Made by a program: the position numbers and the translations under genes. A stretch of 32,000 nucleotides of DNA, from the NCBI RefSeq assembly GCF_002075285.3, contig NZ_CP021983.2:2790001-2822000 (forward strand), read 5' to 3'. Every line of letters starts with the position of its first letter. The first letter of the stretch is position 1. Shown here one piece after another: positions 8,326-18,370 of the stretch. Source of the DNA: Halomicronema hongdechloris C2206 (GTDB taxonomy: Bacteria; Cyanobacteriota; Cyanobacteriia; Phormidesmidales; Phormidesmidaceae). The notes beneath the pieces were generated by a model, which searched no databases, was not told the origin of the DNA, and was given only the letters and a program-made list of their open reading frames with translations.

Positions 8326-9570
8326 CTAGGCACCGCCTAGGGGCAGCACCCGCACGATGGCGGCGGCCGCGATCTGCCGTTGACCGATGGGCACCACCGC
8401 CAAGCCATTGGTCTGGGCCAGATTGATTAAATTGCCAGAGCTGTGGCTACCGGCCGCTAGGCGAAAGCTATAGCCGTCCTGGCCCGCCCGTAACTGGCCC
8501 CAGAGGTAGGTCTCCCGTTGCCCCCCGGCCCGTAGGGGCTGCTCGTTGGTAGCGGGGACGAAGGCCGGACTCCAGCCCCTGGCCTGGCCCGAGAGTTTGC
8601 GCAGGGCGGGGGCCACAAAGCGCCAGAAACAGACCAGGGCCGAAACCGGGTTGCCCGGTAAGCCGATGTAGAGGCTGGGGGTGTGCGCTAGGGTGGCGAC
8701 GGTGAGGGGTTTCCCCGGCTTCACCGCGACGGCCCGAATAGGGAGGGTGCCGCCCAGATCCTTGAGGATGGTATCGACATGGTCGTAATCCCCCCCGGAG
8801 ACGCCGCCGGAGGAGAGGACCAGGTCGGCCTGGGTCAGGGCCGATGCGATCGCAGCGCGCAATTGCGGTGGATCATCGGGCACGATGCCCAGGCAGAGGG
8901 GCTCCCCTCCAGCCTGACTGACCAGGGCCGCCAGGGCATACTGATTCGAGTCCACAATTTGGCCGGGGCCCAGGGGCGTCTCCAGCGAGACCAACTCACT
9001 GCCAGTGGAGAGCAGGGCCACCCGAGGGCGGCGATAGACCGGCACCTGAGCACACTGAGCCGCCGCCAGCACGGCAATATCAGCCCCCCCCAGGACCCCT
9101 CCCGCCGGCAACAGGGGATCGCCGGCTCGATAGTAGCTGCCCCGCTGGCGCACGAAGGCCTGGGGCTGGGGGGCTTGCAAAATATGGACTCGGCCAGACT
9201 GGGCCTGGGTGTGCTCCTGCATCACCACCGTGTCGGCCCCGGCCGGCAGCATGGAACCGGTGAACAGACGGGCCGCCTGCCCTGGGTGCACCGTTTGCTG
9301 GGGCACCTGACCGGCCGGGATTTCCTCGATTAGCGTCAGCACCACGGGCGCCTCGGTGGTGGCCCCCTGGACATCCTGGCAGCGCACGGCATAGCCATCC
9401 ATGGCCGAGTTGTCCCAGTGGGGAAAGTCCAGATGGCTGCTGATCTCAGCCGCCAGCACTCGGCCCAGGGCCTGGGGCAGCGGCACCTGCTCTCGATCCT
9501 GTAGTGGATCTAGGGGCTGAACCAGCTGCAGAATCAGGGCTTCGGCCTCGGTGGCAGGCATCATGGCCAT
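8326..9570 (-). CDS. moeA: Molybdopterin molybdotransferase MoeA
   Basis: Motifs NSAMDGYAV, TGSMLPAGADTVV, STGSEL, SSGGVSGGDYD and VAVKPGKP. The start at M26 (9570) avoids overlap with the upstream gene end (9578). Confidence 0.85.
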   Translation of the reverse strand: MAMMPATEAEALILQLVQPLDPLQDREQVPLPQALGRVLAAEISSHLDFPHWDNSAMDGYAVRCQDVQGATTEAPVVLTLIEEIPAGQVPQQTVHPGQAARLFTGSMLPAGADTVVMQEHTQAQSGRVHILQAPQPQAFVRQRGSYYRAGDPLLPAGGVLGGADIAVLAAAQCAQVPVYRRPRVALLSTGSELVSLETPLGPGQIVDSNQYALAALVSQAGGEPLCLGIVPDDPPQLRAAIASALTQADLVLSSGGVSGGDYDHVDTILKDLGGTLPIRAVAVKPGKPLTVATLAHTPSLYIGLPGNPVSALVCFWRFVAPALRKLSGQARGWSPAFVPATNEQPLRAGGQRETYLWGQLRAGQDGYSFRLAAGSHSSGNLINLAQTNGLAVVPIGQRQIAAAAIVRVLPLGGA

Positions 9571-9577
9571 GGAATCC

Positions 9578-11653
9578 TCAAGATGACGTCGAGGCGGGCA
9601 GGGCGGCTCGCTCTGGGATAGGCCGCTGCTCATCGGCATCGGCATCGGCGAGTAGCCAGCCCCGCAGCCAGCGCGCCACAGTCCGCTGGGCCAGATCGCC
9701 GACGATGCGCTGCCCCATGGAGTGGGTCTCTGGCCGCATCAATAGGTCTGGGAGTCGACTGGCTAGCAAGGTGGGGTCAAACCCCTCCGTATCCCGCAGG
9801 ATGGCCAGAATGTTGACGATGTGCTGCCAGTCCTCCTCGGCTGGGGGGGCGCCGTTTTTGCCGGCGGTCTCAGCCTGGGCAGGAGCCTCGCCCCAGCCGA
9901 AGCGTTCATAGAGGGTGTGGCTGAGCAGGTGAGGCAGGTGCTGACCCAGCTGATCCAGGGTGCGCACGGCTTCAGCGGCGATGCGATCGCGAATGAAGCG
10001 GCCCCGCTCGGAGTATAAAAACTCGATGGTTTGATCTAAGACCTTGGCCAGGTCATAGTCCTCGCTGTTGCGGGCATTGCGCAGCAGGTTTTCCAAGCGG
10101 TTCCAGCGAAACCGGTCATCCTTGAACAGCAGTTCCCGCAGCGAGGTGCGCAACTCTGGGGCCGGATCCGTCAACAGTCGCTTCGAGACATAGGGATAGG
10201 CCTTGCTGAGCACCTTGAAGTTGGGATCTACATTGATGGCGATACCCTCCAGGGTGACCAACGAACGGATGATCAGGGCATAGTAGGCCGGCACCCGGAA
10301 GGGATATTCATACATCAGGGCCGAGAACTCATCGGTGATGCTCTTGAAATTCAACTCGGCCACGCTGGCCCCCAGGGCGTTGTTGAAGACCTCGGCCAGG
10401 GCCGGAATGATTGGCCGTAGGTCGGTATCGGGGGTGAGGAATTCCAGCTTGATGTAGTCCTGGGCCAACCCTTCGAAGTCGCGGTTGACCATGTGCACCA
10501 CCGCCTCGATCAGGCCGTAGCGCTGATAGGGCTTCACCTGGCTCATCATGCCGAAGTCGAGGTAGGCCAGTTTGCCATCGGCGGTGGCCAGCAGGTTGCC
10601 GGGGTGGGGGTCGGCATGGAAGAAGCCATGTTCCAGCAGCTGCCGCAGGGAGCATTGCACGCCGATCTCGATCAGATGGGTGGCGTCGATGCCCCGAGTT
10701 TGCAGTTCGCTCAACTTCGTCAGCTTAGTGCCGTCGATCCACTCCATGGTCAGCACCCGACGGCGAGTGTACTGACGATAGATGCGGGGCACATAGATGT
10801 CATTCAGGTGGCCGTAAAGCTTGGCGAAGCGCTCGGCATTCTGAGCCTCGTGGGCATAGTCCATCTCCTCGAAGATGCGGGCCCCAAACTCATCCATGAT
10901 CCCCACCAGATCGCTGCGAATCTGGGGAATGTAGTCGGTGCCCAGCTGGGCCAGCAGCCGTAGGATATAAACGTCCAGGGTAATGCGCTGGGCCAGGTCG
11001 GGCCGTTGCACCTTGACGGCTACCACCTCACCGCTGTGCAGACGGCCTTTATATACCTGCCCCAGGGAGGCGGCGGCCACAGGGTCTGGGGTCAGGTCGG
11101 CGTAAACTTCGTCTGGCGGAGCCCCCAACTCGGTCTCGATGAAGTGGTAGGCCAACTCATTGGCAAAGGGGGGCAACTGGTCCTGCAAGCTGGAGAGTTC
11201 GTCTAGAAAGATGGGCGGCACCAGGTCGGGCCGAGTGGAGAGGGCCTGGCCCACCTTGATATAGGCCGGTCCCAGATCCGTCAATAATTCCCGCAGCTGC
11301 ACGGCTCGCTGCCGCTGCCGTTGCTCGCTTTTGCCCTGGCGGCGATCCCACCAAATCGTCAGATAAAAGGTGGCGAAGGGCCACAGAATACTGAGAAATC
11401 GCCAGACGATCTGCCAGGGGCGACGGCGATAGTAAGCTGCGATCGCATCGGGGTCGTAGACCCGCAATTGTTCAAAAATGCTCTTGCCAGCGCTCCCCGA
11501 TGATGCTGGGAACGGCGCTAGGGCGCCGCTATCGTCAACCACTGGCTCACTGGCCACCGTAACCGTCGCACTTGGTGAATCTGACCCGGAAAAATGGGGC
11601 GATGCCATAGCCGTCCTCGAAGACCCGTCCAGGGGAGTGCTTGTCAACGTCAT
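9578..11653 (-). CDS. ABC1/UbiB (AarF) family atypical kinase
   Basis: Motifs AAASLGQVYKG, VAVKVQRP, FFHADPHPGNL and YLDFGMM. The N-terminal extension and the start codon are uncertain. Confidence 0.85.
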   Translation of the reverse strand: MTLTSTPLDGSSRTAMASPHFSGSDSPSATVTVASEPVVDDSGALAPFPASSGSAGKSIFEQLRVYDPDAIAAYYRRRPWQIVWRFLSILWPFATFYLTIWWDRRQGKSEQRQRQRAVQLRELLTDLGPAYIKVGQALSTRPDLVPPIFLDELSSLQDQLPPFANELAYHFIETELGAPPDEVYADLTPDPVAAASLGQVYKGRLHSGEVVAVKVQRPDLAQRITLDVYILRLLAQLGTDYIPQIRSDLVGIMDEFGARIFEEMDYAHEAQNAERFAKLYGHLNDIYVPRIYRQYTRRRVLTMEWIDGTKLTKLSELQTRGIDATHLIEIGVQCSLRQLLEHGFFHADPHPGNLLATADGKLAYLDFGMMSQVKPYQRYGLIEAVVHMVNRDFEGLAQDYIKLEFLTPDTDLRPIIPALAEVFNNALGASVAELNFKSITDEFSALMYEYPFRVPAYYALIIRSLVTLEGIAINVDPNFKVLSKAYPYVSKRLLTDPAPELRTSLRELLFKDDRFRWNRLENLLRNARNSEDYDLAKVLDQTIEFLYSERGRFIRDRIAAEAVRTLDQLGQHLPHLLSHTLYERFGWGEAPAQAETAGKNGAPPAEEDWQHIVNILAILRDTEGFDPTLLASRLPDLLMRPETHSMGQRIVGDLAQRTVARWLRGWLLADADADEQRPIPERAALPASTSS

Positions 11654-11796
11654 TAAATCAAAATTTGCTCCTGTAAACTATTGTAACGAATTGCGCCGGA
11701 GCACGACGGGACAAAGCGGTGGAGAGTGGAAAGAAAGCTGTACCCTCAAAAGATAGATGCTTCTCGGATGTCCTATCCATCGCAGCCAGGCTGGGT

Positions 11797-13548
11797 ATGC
11801 TAACCTCCCTTCACATCGAAAATATTGCCCTGATCGATCATCTCCATCTGCAGCTCCAACCTGGGCTGAATGTGCTCACCGGTGAAACCGGTGCCGGTAA
11901 GTCCATTATCCTGGATGCCATTGATGCCCTGTTGGGAGGCAAGGCCAGCCAGCGGTTAATCCGCAGCGGCGCCAAAAAGGCCTTTCTAGAGGCCACCTTT
12001 ACCCTGTCACCCGATCTGAAACGTTGGCTGCAGACCCACCATCCCCAGATTCCCCTGAGTCATGAATTGGTCTGTAGCCGAGACCTCACCGCCGGGCGTG
12101 GCACCGTCCGCAGCCGCTCTCGCCTCAACGGCACCCTGGTCAATAAGGCCCAGATCGAAGCCCTACGCCCCCTGCTAGTCGAGATCACGGCCCAGGGACA
12201 GACCCTACAGGTGGGCTCCCCCGACCGGCAACGGGATTGGCTGGATGGCTTCGGGGGAGAATCTCTGACGCGGCAGCGCCAACAGGTGACCCAACTCTAC
12301 AATGCGGCCCTAGAGGCTCAACGGGCCCTGGAACGCCGTCGCCAGGCCGAGCAACAGCGCTTGGAACAGCTGGACTTGTTTGACTATCAGAGCCGGGAGC
12401 TGACCGCGGCCAACCTAGACGATCCCGACGAACTAGACCAGCTGCAGCAAGAGCGGCAACGGCTGAGCCATAGTGTAGAGCTGCAGCAGCAAAGCTATCA
12501 GGCCTATCAGATCCTCTACGAGAACGAGACTGGCGGCGAGGCCTGCGCCGACCTGCTGGGCAAGGCAGAATCCCTGCTGAGCGACATGTTCAACTTCGAC
12601 CCCACCATTGCCCCCACCCTGGATCTTGTCAGCAATGCCCTGGCCTCTGTGGAAGAGGCTGGTCGCCAGATCAACGCCTACGGTGACACCATCGAGAGCG
12701 ATCCCCAGCGGCTGCAAACGGTGGAAGAGCGCCTCAGCCAGCTGAAGCAATTGATCCGCAAGTACGATCGATCCTTGGCGGAGTTAATCCAATATCGCGA
12801 CGAGCTGCAGGCGACACTAACGGCCATGGAGGGCGACGGCCAGTCCCTAGAGGCCCTGGAGCAGGCCTATCACACCCGCCGCCAGCACCTACTGGCCGCC
12901 TGTGCCGAGTTAACCCACCAGCGCCAGCAAGCGGCCCAGTCACTAGAAGACACCCTGGTCGCCGAACTCAAACCCCTGGCCATGGAACGGGTGCAATTTC
13001 AGGTCGATCTGCGCCCCATGGAGCCCACGGCCACTGGAGCCGATAGGGTTCGCTTTCTGTTCAGTCCCAATCCAGGGGAACCATTGCAACCCCTGGCTGA
13101 GACTGCCTCTGGGGGGGAAATGAGCCGGTTTCTGTTAGCCCTAAAGACCTGCTTCTCGCGGGTAGATCCCGTAGCTACCTTGATTTTCGATGAAATCGAT
13201 GTGGGCGTCTCAGGGCGGGTGGCCCAGGCCATTGCCGAGAAGTTGCATCAGATTGCCCGTCAGCATCAGGTGCTCTGCGTCACCCATCAACCCATCGTGG
13301 CGGCCATGGCCGACATCCATTTCCAGGTGGATAAGCAGGTCGTCGATGCCTCGGCCCAGACTGGTCGAGCCCCGGGCCAGGGCGACCCTGACGATAGCGT
13401 GCGTACCGTGGTGCGAGTAACTCCCCTAGATCGGTCGCAGCAACGGCAAGAACTGGCCCAACTGGCTGGCGGTCAATCCCATCAACAATCCCTCACCTTT
13501 GCCGATGCCCTGCTGGCCCAGGCCGATACTATTCGTCAGAAAAAATAA
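11797..13548 (+). CDS. recN: DNA repair protein RecN
   Basis: MLTSLHIENIALID start, Walker A GETGAGKSI, long coiled-coil middle, signature SGGEMSRFLLAL and Walker B LIFDEIDVGVSG. Confidence 0.9.
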   Translation: MLTSLHIENIALIDHLHLQLQPGLNVLTGETGAGKSIILDAIDALLGGKASQRLIRSGAKKAFLEATFTLSPDLKRWLQTHHPQIPLSHELVCSRDLTAGRGTVRSRSRLNGTLVNKAQIEALRPLLVEITAQGQTLQVGSPDRQRDWLDGFGGESLTRQRQQVTQLYNAALEAQRALERRRQAEQQRLEQLDLFDYQSRELTAANLDDPDELDQLQQERQRLSHSVELQQQSYQAYQILYENETGGEACADLLGKAESLLSDMFNFDPTIAPTLDLVSNALASVEEAGRQINAYGDTIESDPQRLQTVEERLSQLKQLIRKYDRSLAELIQYRDELQATLTAMEGDGQSLEALEQAYHTRRQHLLAACAELTHQRQQAAQSLEDTLVAELKPLAMERVQFQVDLRPMEPTATGADRVRFLFSPNPGEPLQPLAETASGGEMSRFLLALKTCFSRVDPVATLIFDEIDVGVSGRVAQAIAEKLHQIARQHQVLCVTHQPIVAAMADIHFQVDKQVVDASAQTGRAPGQGDPDDSVRTVVRVTPLDRSQQRQELAQLAGGQSHQQSLTFADALLAQADTIRQKK

Positions 13549-13563
13549 CCTCTACACTTTGGA

Positions 13564-15177
13564 GTGGAAAACCTAGCGTCCCGTGTGCCCATGTCCTGGT
13601 TGATGGTGGTGGAATCGGCCCTGGAAGATCCAGCGATTGAAGCGAACCTGCGCCAATTCTGCTTGGTACTCCTGGTATCCCTGGGGGTTGCGACCCTATC
13701 GCGGGTCCTGACCCTGCTGCGCAACATTCCCTACACGCTGTTGTTGTTGCTGGTGGGGCTGGGGCTGGCCATTTTAGATGTGCGCCTGGTTAACCTCTCC
13801 CCAGAGCTGATTCTATTCATCTTCCTGCCACCGCTATTGTTTGAAGCCGCCTGGAACCTAAACTGGCAAAGCCTCAGGCGTGATTTTATTCCCATTCTGC
13901 TCTATGCCGTCGTCGGAGTGCTGATCAGCATTGGCGGCCTAGTGCTGGGCCTGGGCACCCTGGCCGGGGCGTCTCTAGCCACGGTGCTGTTGGTGGGGGC
14001 CAGCCTATCGGCTACGGATCCGGTCTCGGTAGTGGCCCTGTTTCGAGAACTGGGGGTGGATAAACGCCTCACCACCCTAATGGAGGGGGAAAGTCTGTTT
14101 AATGACGGGGTGGCCGTGGTCGCCTTCAATCTGCTGGTGGGGTTGGCCCTGGGAGTCGAGCAATTCGACGTCTCGGTGACCGTGGCTCGCTTTTTGGTCT
14201 TCGTCGGCATCGGCACTGGCATCGGGGCCCTGATTGGCTTCGGCATTTCCTTTCTGACTCAGCGCTTCGACTTGCCCCTAGTCGAGCAGTCCCTCACCCT
14301 GGTATCGGCCTATGGTACCTATCTGGTGGCCGAGGAACTGGGCGGCTCTGGGGTAATTGCCGTGGTGACTACCGGCCTGATCTTGGGTAACTTCGGCTCC
14401 CGCATCGGCATGAATCCCCGCACCCGCCTGGCGGTGTCAGAGTTCTGGGAGTTCGTGGCCTTCTTCGTCAATTCCATCGTGTTTCTGTTGATTGGCGATC
14501 AGGTGAAATTCGAGGGGTTAGCCAATAATCTCAATGTCATCGGCATTGCCATCGCCATTATTTTGATCACCCGGCTGGTCAGTATTTTTGGCCTTGGTGC
14601 CCTGAGCAACTGGCTGGTGCAGGCGAATATTCCCCGTCAGGGCCAGACCGTGCTCTGGTGGGGGGGGCTGCGAGGATCGGTGTCAGTGGCCTTGGCCTTG
14701 AGTGTGCCGGTGAGTCTATCCCAACGGGAAGAGATCATCGCCATCGTGTTTGGGGTGATGTTGTTTACCCTGCTGGTGCAGGGGCTGACCACCCAGCCCC
14801 TGTTAGAAAAGCTGGGGCTACTCGGGGATGAACCACTGCGCCAGGAGTATAAGCAGATGGTGGCCCATCGGGTGGCCATGAATCGGGTGATGCAGCGACT
14901 GAGAGATCTGAAGCAGCGCCAGGAAATGGACCCGGAATTATTGGGCTATCAGATGGCCCTGGTGGAAGGTCAACTCAATGAGGTCAACGAAAAGCTGACC
15001 AAGTTAGTCCGTCAGAATCCCGAGATTCAAGCCTTCGCCACCCAGCAGCTGCGGGATGAATTGTTGGCGATCGAATCGGACACCTACGCCGAGTTCATTC
15101 GGGCCGGACAAATTAAGGATGAATTGAAGCCCCTGCTGCAAGAGGTGCTGCCGGATCGATTGGGGGAAGAGCATTAG
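13564..15177 (+). CDS. CPA1-family Na+/H+ (cation:proton) antiporter, NhaP-type, with C-terminal soluble tail
   Basis: Polytopic hydrophobic protein with LSATDPVSVVALFRELG, ESLFNDG and WGGLRGSVSVALAL motifs. The start is GTG 13564 or ATG 13591. Confidence 0.85.
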   Translation: MENLASRVPMSWLMVVESALEDPAIEANLRQFCLVLLVSLGVATLSRVLTLLRNIPYTLLLLLVGLGLAILDVRLVNLSPELILFIFLPPLLFEAAWNLNWQSLRRDFIPILLYAVVGVLISIGGLVLGLGTLAGASLATVLLVGASLSATDPVSVVALFRELGVDKRLTTLMEGESLFNDGVAVVAFNLLVGLALGVEQFDVSVTVARFLVFVGIGTGIGALIGFGISFLTQRFDLPLVEQSLTLVSAYGTYLVAEELGGSGVIAVVTTGLILGNFGSRIGMNPRTRLAVSEFWEFVAFFVNSIVFLLIGDQVKFEGLANNLNVIGIAIAIILITRLVSIFGLGALSNWLVQANIPRQGQTVLWWGGLRGSVSVALALSVPVSLSQREEIIAIVFGVMLFTLLVQGLTTQPLLEKLGLLGDEPLRQEYKQMVAHRVAMNRVMQRLRDLKQRQEMDPELLGYQMALVEGQLNEVNEKLTKLVRQNPEIQAFATQQLRDELLAIESDTYAEFIRAGQIKDELKPLLQEVLPDRLGEEH

Positions 15178-15249
15178 CAGCGCTATCTCAGATCCAGCAA
15201 TGGTCAGAGTTGCGATGGCCGCAGGCCGGTCTGCGACCCTCGCACGGTG

Positions 15250-15292
15250 ATCTCGCTCGGGTAGAAGGCTGGAGGATGCGATCGCAGCGGCT
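15250..15292. repeat. Copy A of a 43-bp direct repeat (att-like) at the left edge of accessory region B
   Basis: atctcgctcgggtagaaggctggaggatgcgatcgcagcggct matches 20105-20147 at 40/43 positions, with weaker similarity extending about 15 nt upstream. Confidence 0.8.
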
Positions 15293-15557
15293 CACTAACC
15301 TCCACAGGTATGGGGACAACTGCAGAATGGTGGAACCATAATCTACTGAGATAGGGTAACTATCATCACAGTCTACGTTGTTATGCTCCGGAGGTAGGTT
15401 ATCCATAAGAGCAATCTTTGAAATTTTCTTGAACTATCTTCAACCCGGAAGCTTTTTCGCAGGGTACCTCAACTAGCATGAAGGCAAGCTAGTTCAAACA
15501 TGATTGCCAATGAGATCGCAGCTATGAATAATTTTTACTTTCAACAGGAACTGACGT

Positions 15558-16238
15558 ATGGAAACTAAGATGAGTAGACCTGTCAAACGACAAGCATTAG
15601 AAGTGGATACCTTAGACACTCTTTTTCAGGATTTAACCTCGTTTACTGCCAGAAATTTTCAACGAGAAACCATAGAAGCGATTTTACAGGGAGCCTTAGA
15701 AGGTAGCTTCAGGGGGACGCTCTTGCGGGCACCCACAGGGTCTGGCAAAACGGAAACAGCTGTATCCCCCTATCTGTTCGCAAGGACGTTAAGCATAGAG
15801 TTTCCTAAAAAACTGATTTATGTAGTGCCGTTAAGAACTTTGGCCAATAGTTTACGGGTAAGAACCCAGGGTCTGGTAAATGATTGGGCGAAGAAACACC
15901 TGCTCAATCGCCCACTGGCAGTCACACTTCAAACTGGAGAAAATCCTGAAGATCCAAGATTTGAAGGAGATATTATTTTCTGCACGATTGATCAAATGTT
16001 AAGCAGTTTTCTGAATATTCCATATTCAGTAGGTCGTGGTTCTGCCAACGTGAATGCAGGTGCTATTTTTTCTTCTTACTTAGTTTTTGACGAGTTGCAT
16101 TTGCTTGATCCAGAGCGCTCCTTTGCAACCCTTTTGAAGGTTTTAGAGCAAGTGAATGGGATTTCTCCTTTTTTGTTAATGACTGCGACTCTGACAGATG
16201 AGCTAGCAGGTGAAATTCAGAAGGTAGTTTCCCAATGA
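15558..16238 (+). CDS. Cas3-like DEAH helicase, N-terminal RecA lobe (first part of a split gene)
   Basis: Walker A LLRAPTGSGKTETAV, motif Ia VVPLRTLANSL, motif II VFDELHLLD and motif III LLMTATL. It ends in an ATGA overlap with the next ORF. Confidence 0.8.
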   Translation: METKMSRPVKRQALEVDTLDTLFQDLTSFTARNFQRETIEAILQGALEGSFRGTLLRAPTGSGKTETAVSPYLFARTLSIEFPKKLIYVVPLRTLANSLRVRTQGLVNDWAKKHLLNRPLAVTLQTGENPEDPRFEGDIIFCTIDQMLSSFLNIPYSVGRGSANVNAGAIFSSYLVFDELHLLDPERSFATLLKVLEQVNGISPFLLMTATLTDELAGEIQKVVSQ

Positions 16239-18331
16239 AAGTTATTGAAGTGCAATCATCAGATTTACAGAAAATAGAGGGCGATCGCTGTCGCACTTTT
16301 GCCGCCATTGAGTCTCCATTGACTGCCGATTTAATCCTTCAGGATATTCGTGAGCATAATCGCAGACGAGTTATTGTTCTTTGCAATGTCGTATCTTTAT
16401 CCCAGGGATTATTTCAGGACTTAGTCAATCACAAAGATTCTGATAGGTTAGAGATTACGCTGCTCCATTCCCGCTTTTTACCCGAAGACCGAAAGGAAAA
16501 AGAAGCGGATTTGGAAAGGAGGTTTGGAAAGGAGTGGCAACAGCAGGATGACGGTAAATGTCATGTGTTGATATCAACTCAGGTAATTGAGGTGGGCATC
16601 AATATCACCTGTGAGGTCATGCATACCCATCTATCGCCGATGAGTTCTTTATTGCAACGCGCCGGACGCTGTGCCCGGTTTGGGGGTAGGGGTGAGGTCA
16701 GAGTCTACCGTGAGATTCAGGTCGGAGGCGACACGCCAGCTTTGACGGAGGCTGATATTGCCGAAGATGTTGACGAGCAGGGTAAGCAGACTGGGAGGAA
16801 ACGGCAGTTCTTACCCTATGAAGATGAAATCTGCAATTTAACCTGGAAGGTCTTAAAGCAGCATGACTCTTCAGTTCCAGTGGGTTTCAACATTGAGGAA
16901 GACTGGGTAAACGAAGTTCACGAAGATGAGTCACAATTACAAATCAAGCGCAGACAAAACAATCGCAAGAGCTTTATCACTCGATTTGAGGATGCTATTT
17001 TTCGAGGTGATCGCTCGGCTTCCCGTGACTTAATCCGCTGGGTTGATAACCGCAATATCTTTGTTGCCAGAGAACCCATTCTTATTGATGGTGAAAGCTC
17101 CGAAGTATCTATCGATGAATTAGAGCCGTTCTCTTTGCCGAGAACAACACTCTGTAAAGCCTTGAGAGATTTTCAGGAATTGGGAAATCAAAGTTGGCTA
17201 TTTAAGCGCATTGAATCACCCGCAGACAAGAAAGCTGAAACCTATAGTCAGCCTATCCTCAGCGACATTAACACCACTAAAGACATTATCTTTAGCACCC
17301 GTATTCTGGTGAATCCTGAATATGTGTTCTACAGCAAGGATGTTGGCCTAAGAATTATCGTTGATCCTGAGCCATCAAGGGATGGCGAGCCTTTTGTTTC
17401 GCAGCCCAAGCAGAAAAAGACTGTCATCAATCAGTATCAGTACCACATGGATACCTACGTTGAGCATTTAGCGTTGATGTGGCGATGCTGGAATGAAGCC
17501 TGCTACGAACCTTATGTCAGTGTAAAAGATGAGATTTGTGAGGCAGGAGGTCGTTTTATTCGAGAGAAGGTCTTGCCAGATTACAAAATTACTGAGTCTG
17601 AATTACGACAGATAGAGACTACAGCCCTGTTTGAAATTCTGGTGTTCCTGGCAGTTTTAACCCATGACCTCGGCAAGCTTCAGCAACCTTGGCAGGATTC
17701 CATGCGATTATGGCAAAAAATTGCTTACGAAGAGTTTCGATCTGAAACATTCAAGGCTCACAATCCCAGGTCACTCTTGCTAGCCCACACAGATTATGAC
17801 CCTAATGATAAAGAAACGAAGGACGTAGAGGGAAGAACTCAAAAACAGCGAATGCGAATTCATGAGACGACCGATCCACGTCCCGGACATGCCATTGAGA
17901 GTGCATTTCTGGGTTGGGAATTTCTGGACGCTCAATTCGTGCCTCTACTTGAGGATCACTTTGATCTTGATGAGGAGCAAATCAATAATCTTCTCAGTGT
18001 TGTCATCATGGCTGCGGGGAGACATCATTCAGCCTGGACGAACGGTTGGCAATTATCTGAGGTGGCGACGAAGCAGAGCATCAGGCTCCATCCACAAGCG
18101 AACCAGGCTGTTGCCAAAAGTTGGACAGCTTTATTGAATAAACTCAATCTGCCCTCCTCCATTGCGCTTCCCTCAAAGCCTTTCCACTTCAATCAAACAG
18201 AATATGAGGTCGGCGTTACCCGCCTGGACTGTTTTGAACCCGATGACCTGGAATATCAACAACTCTATGCTCTGGTGGTGAGGGCTCTGAGGCTATGTGA
18301 CAGCCGATCAGTGCAAATCAACCATCCTTGA
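16235..18331 (+). CDS. Cas3-like helicase C-terminal RecA lobe plus C-terminal HD nuclease domain (second part of a split gene)
   Basis: Helicase motifs LHSRFLPEDR, ISTQVIEVGINI and LLQRAGRCARFG. HD-domain motifs are YVEHL, LTHDLGKLQQPWQ, GHAIES, AAGRHHSAW and LRLCDSRS. Confidence 0.8.
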   Translation: MKVIEVQSSDLQKIEGDRCRTFAAIESPLTADLILQDIREHNRRRVIVLCNVVSLSQGLFQDLVNHKDSDRLEITLLHSRFLPEDRKEKEADLERRFGKEWQQQDDGKCHVLISTQVIEVGINITCEVMHTHLSPMSSLLQRAGRCARFGGRGEVRVYREIQVGGDTPALTEADIAEDVDEQGKQTGRKRQFLPYEDEICNLTWKVLKQHDSSVPVGFNIEEDWVNEVHEDESQLQIKRRQNNRKSFITRFEDAIFRGDRSASRDLIRWVDNRNIFVAREPILIDGESSEVSIDELEPFSLPRTTLCKALRDFQELGNQSWLFKRIESPADKKAETYSQPILSDINTTKDIIFSTRILVNPEYVFYSKDVGLRIIVDPEPSRDGEPFVSQPKQKKTVINQYQYHMDTYVEHLALMWRCWNEACYEPYVSVKDEICEAGGRFIREKVLPDYKITESELRQIETTALFEILVFLAVLTHDLGKLQQPWQDSMRLWQKIAYEEFRSETFKAHNPRSLLLAHTDYDPNDKETKDVEGRTQKQRMRIHETTDPRPGHAIESAFLGWEFLDAQFVPLLEDHFDLDEEQINNLLSVVIMAAGRHHSAWTNGWQLSEVATKQSIRLHPQANQAVAKSWTALLNKLNLPSSIALPSKPFHFNQTEYEVGVTRLDCFEPDDLEYQQLYALVVRALRLCDSRSVQINHP

Positions 18332-18370
18332 ATCTGTCAAAGACCATTTTATTAACGAGGATCTGAACCG

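Noticed and set aside
11654-11796. Looked for a cyanobacterial LexA box upstream of recN
   Set aside because: Only a tgtaa-N6-tgtaa direct repeat and an isolated GTAC were seen. There is no RGTAC-N-GTWC-type palindrome.
7029-14879. Many listed ORFs antisense to or nested in larger genes (for example 7029..7397, 8779..9333, 8835..9077, 9504..9911, 10329..10655, 10493..10963, 11157..11384, 12433..12750, 12734..12943, 13902..14246, 14637..14879)
   Set aside because: They overlap strongly supported genes (sigma factor, moeA, ABC1 kinase, recN, antiporter). They have Arg/Pro/Gly/Ala-rich compositions typical of off-frame ORFs in GC-rich DNA.
15188-15406. ORFs 15188..15406(-) and 20027..20218(-) covering the 43-bp repeats, as possible paralogous small proteins
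   Set aside because: The shared 43 bp is read in different frames in the two ORFs and the peptides are dissimilar. The conservation is at the DNA level.
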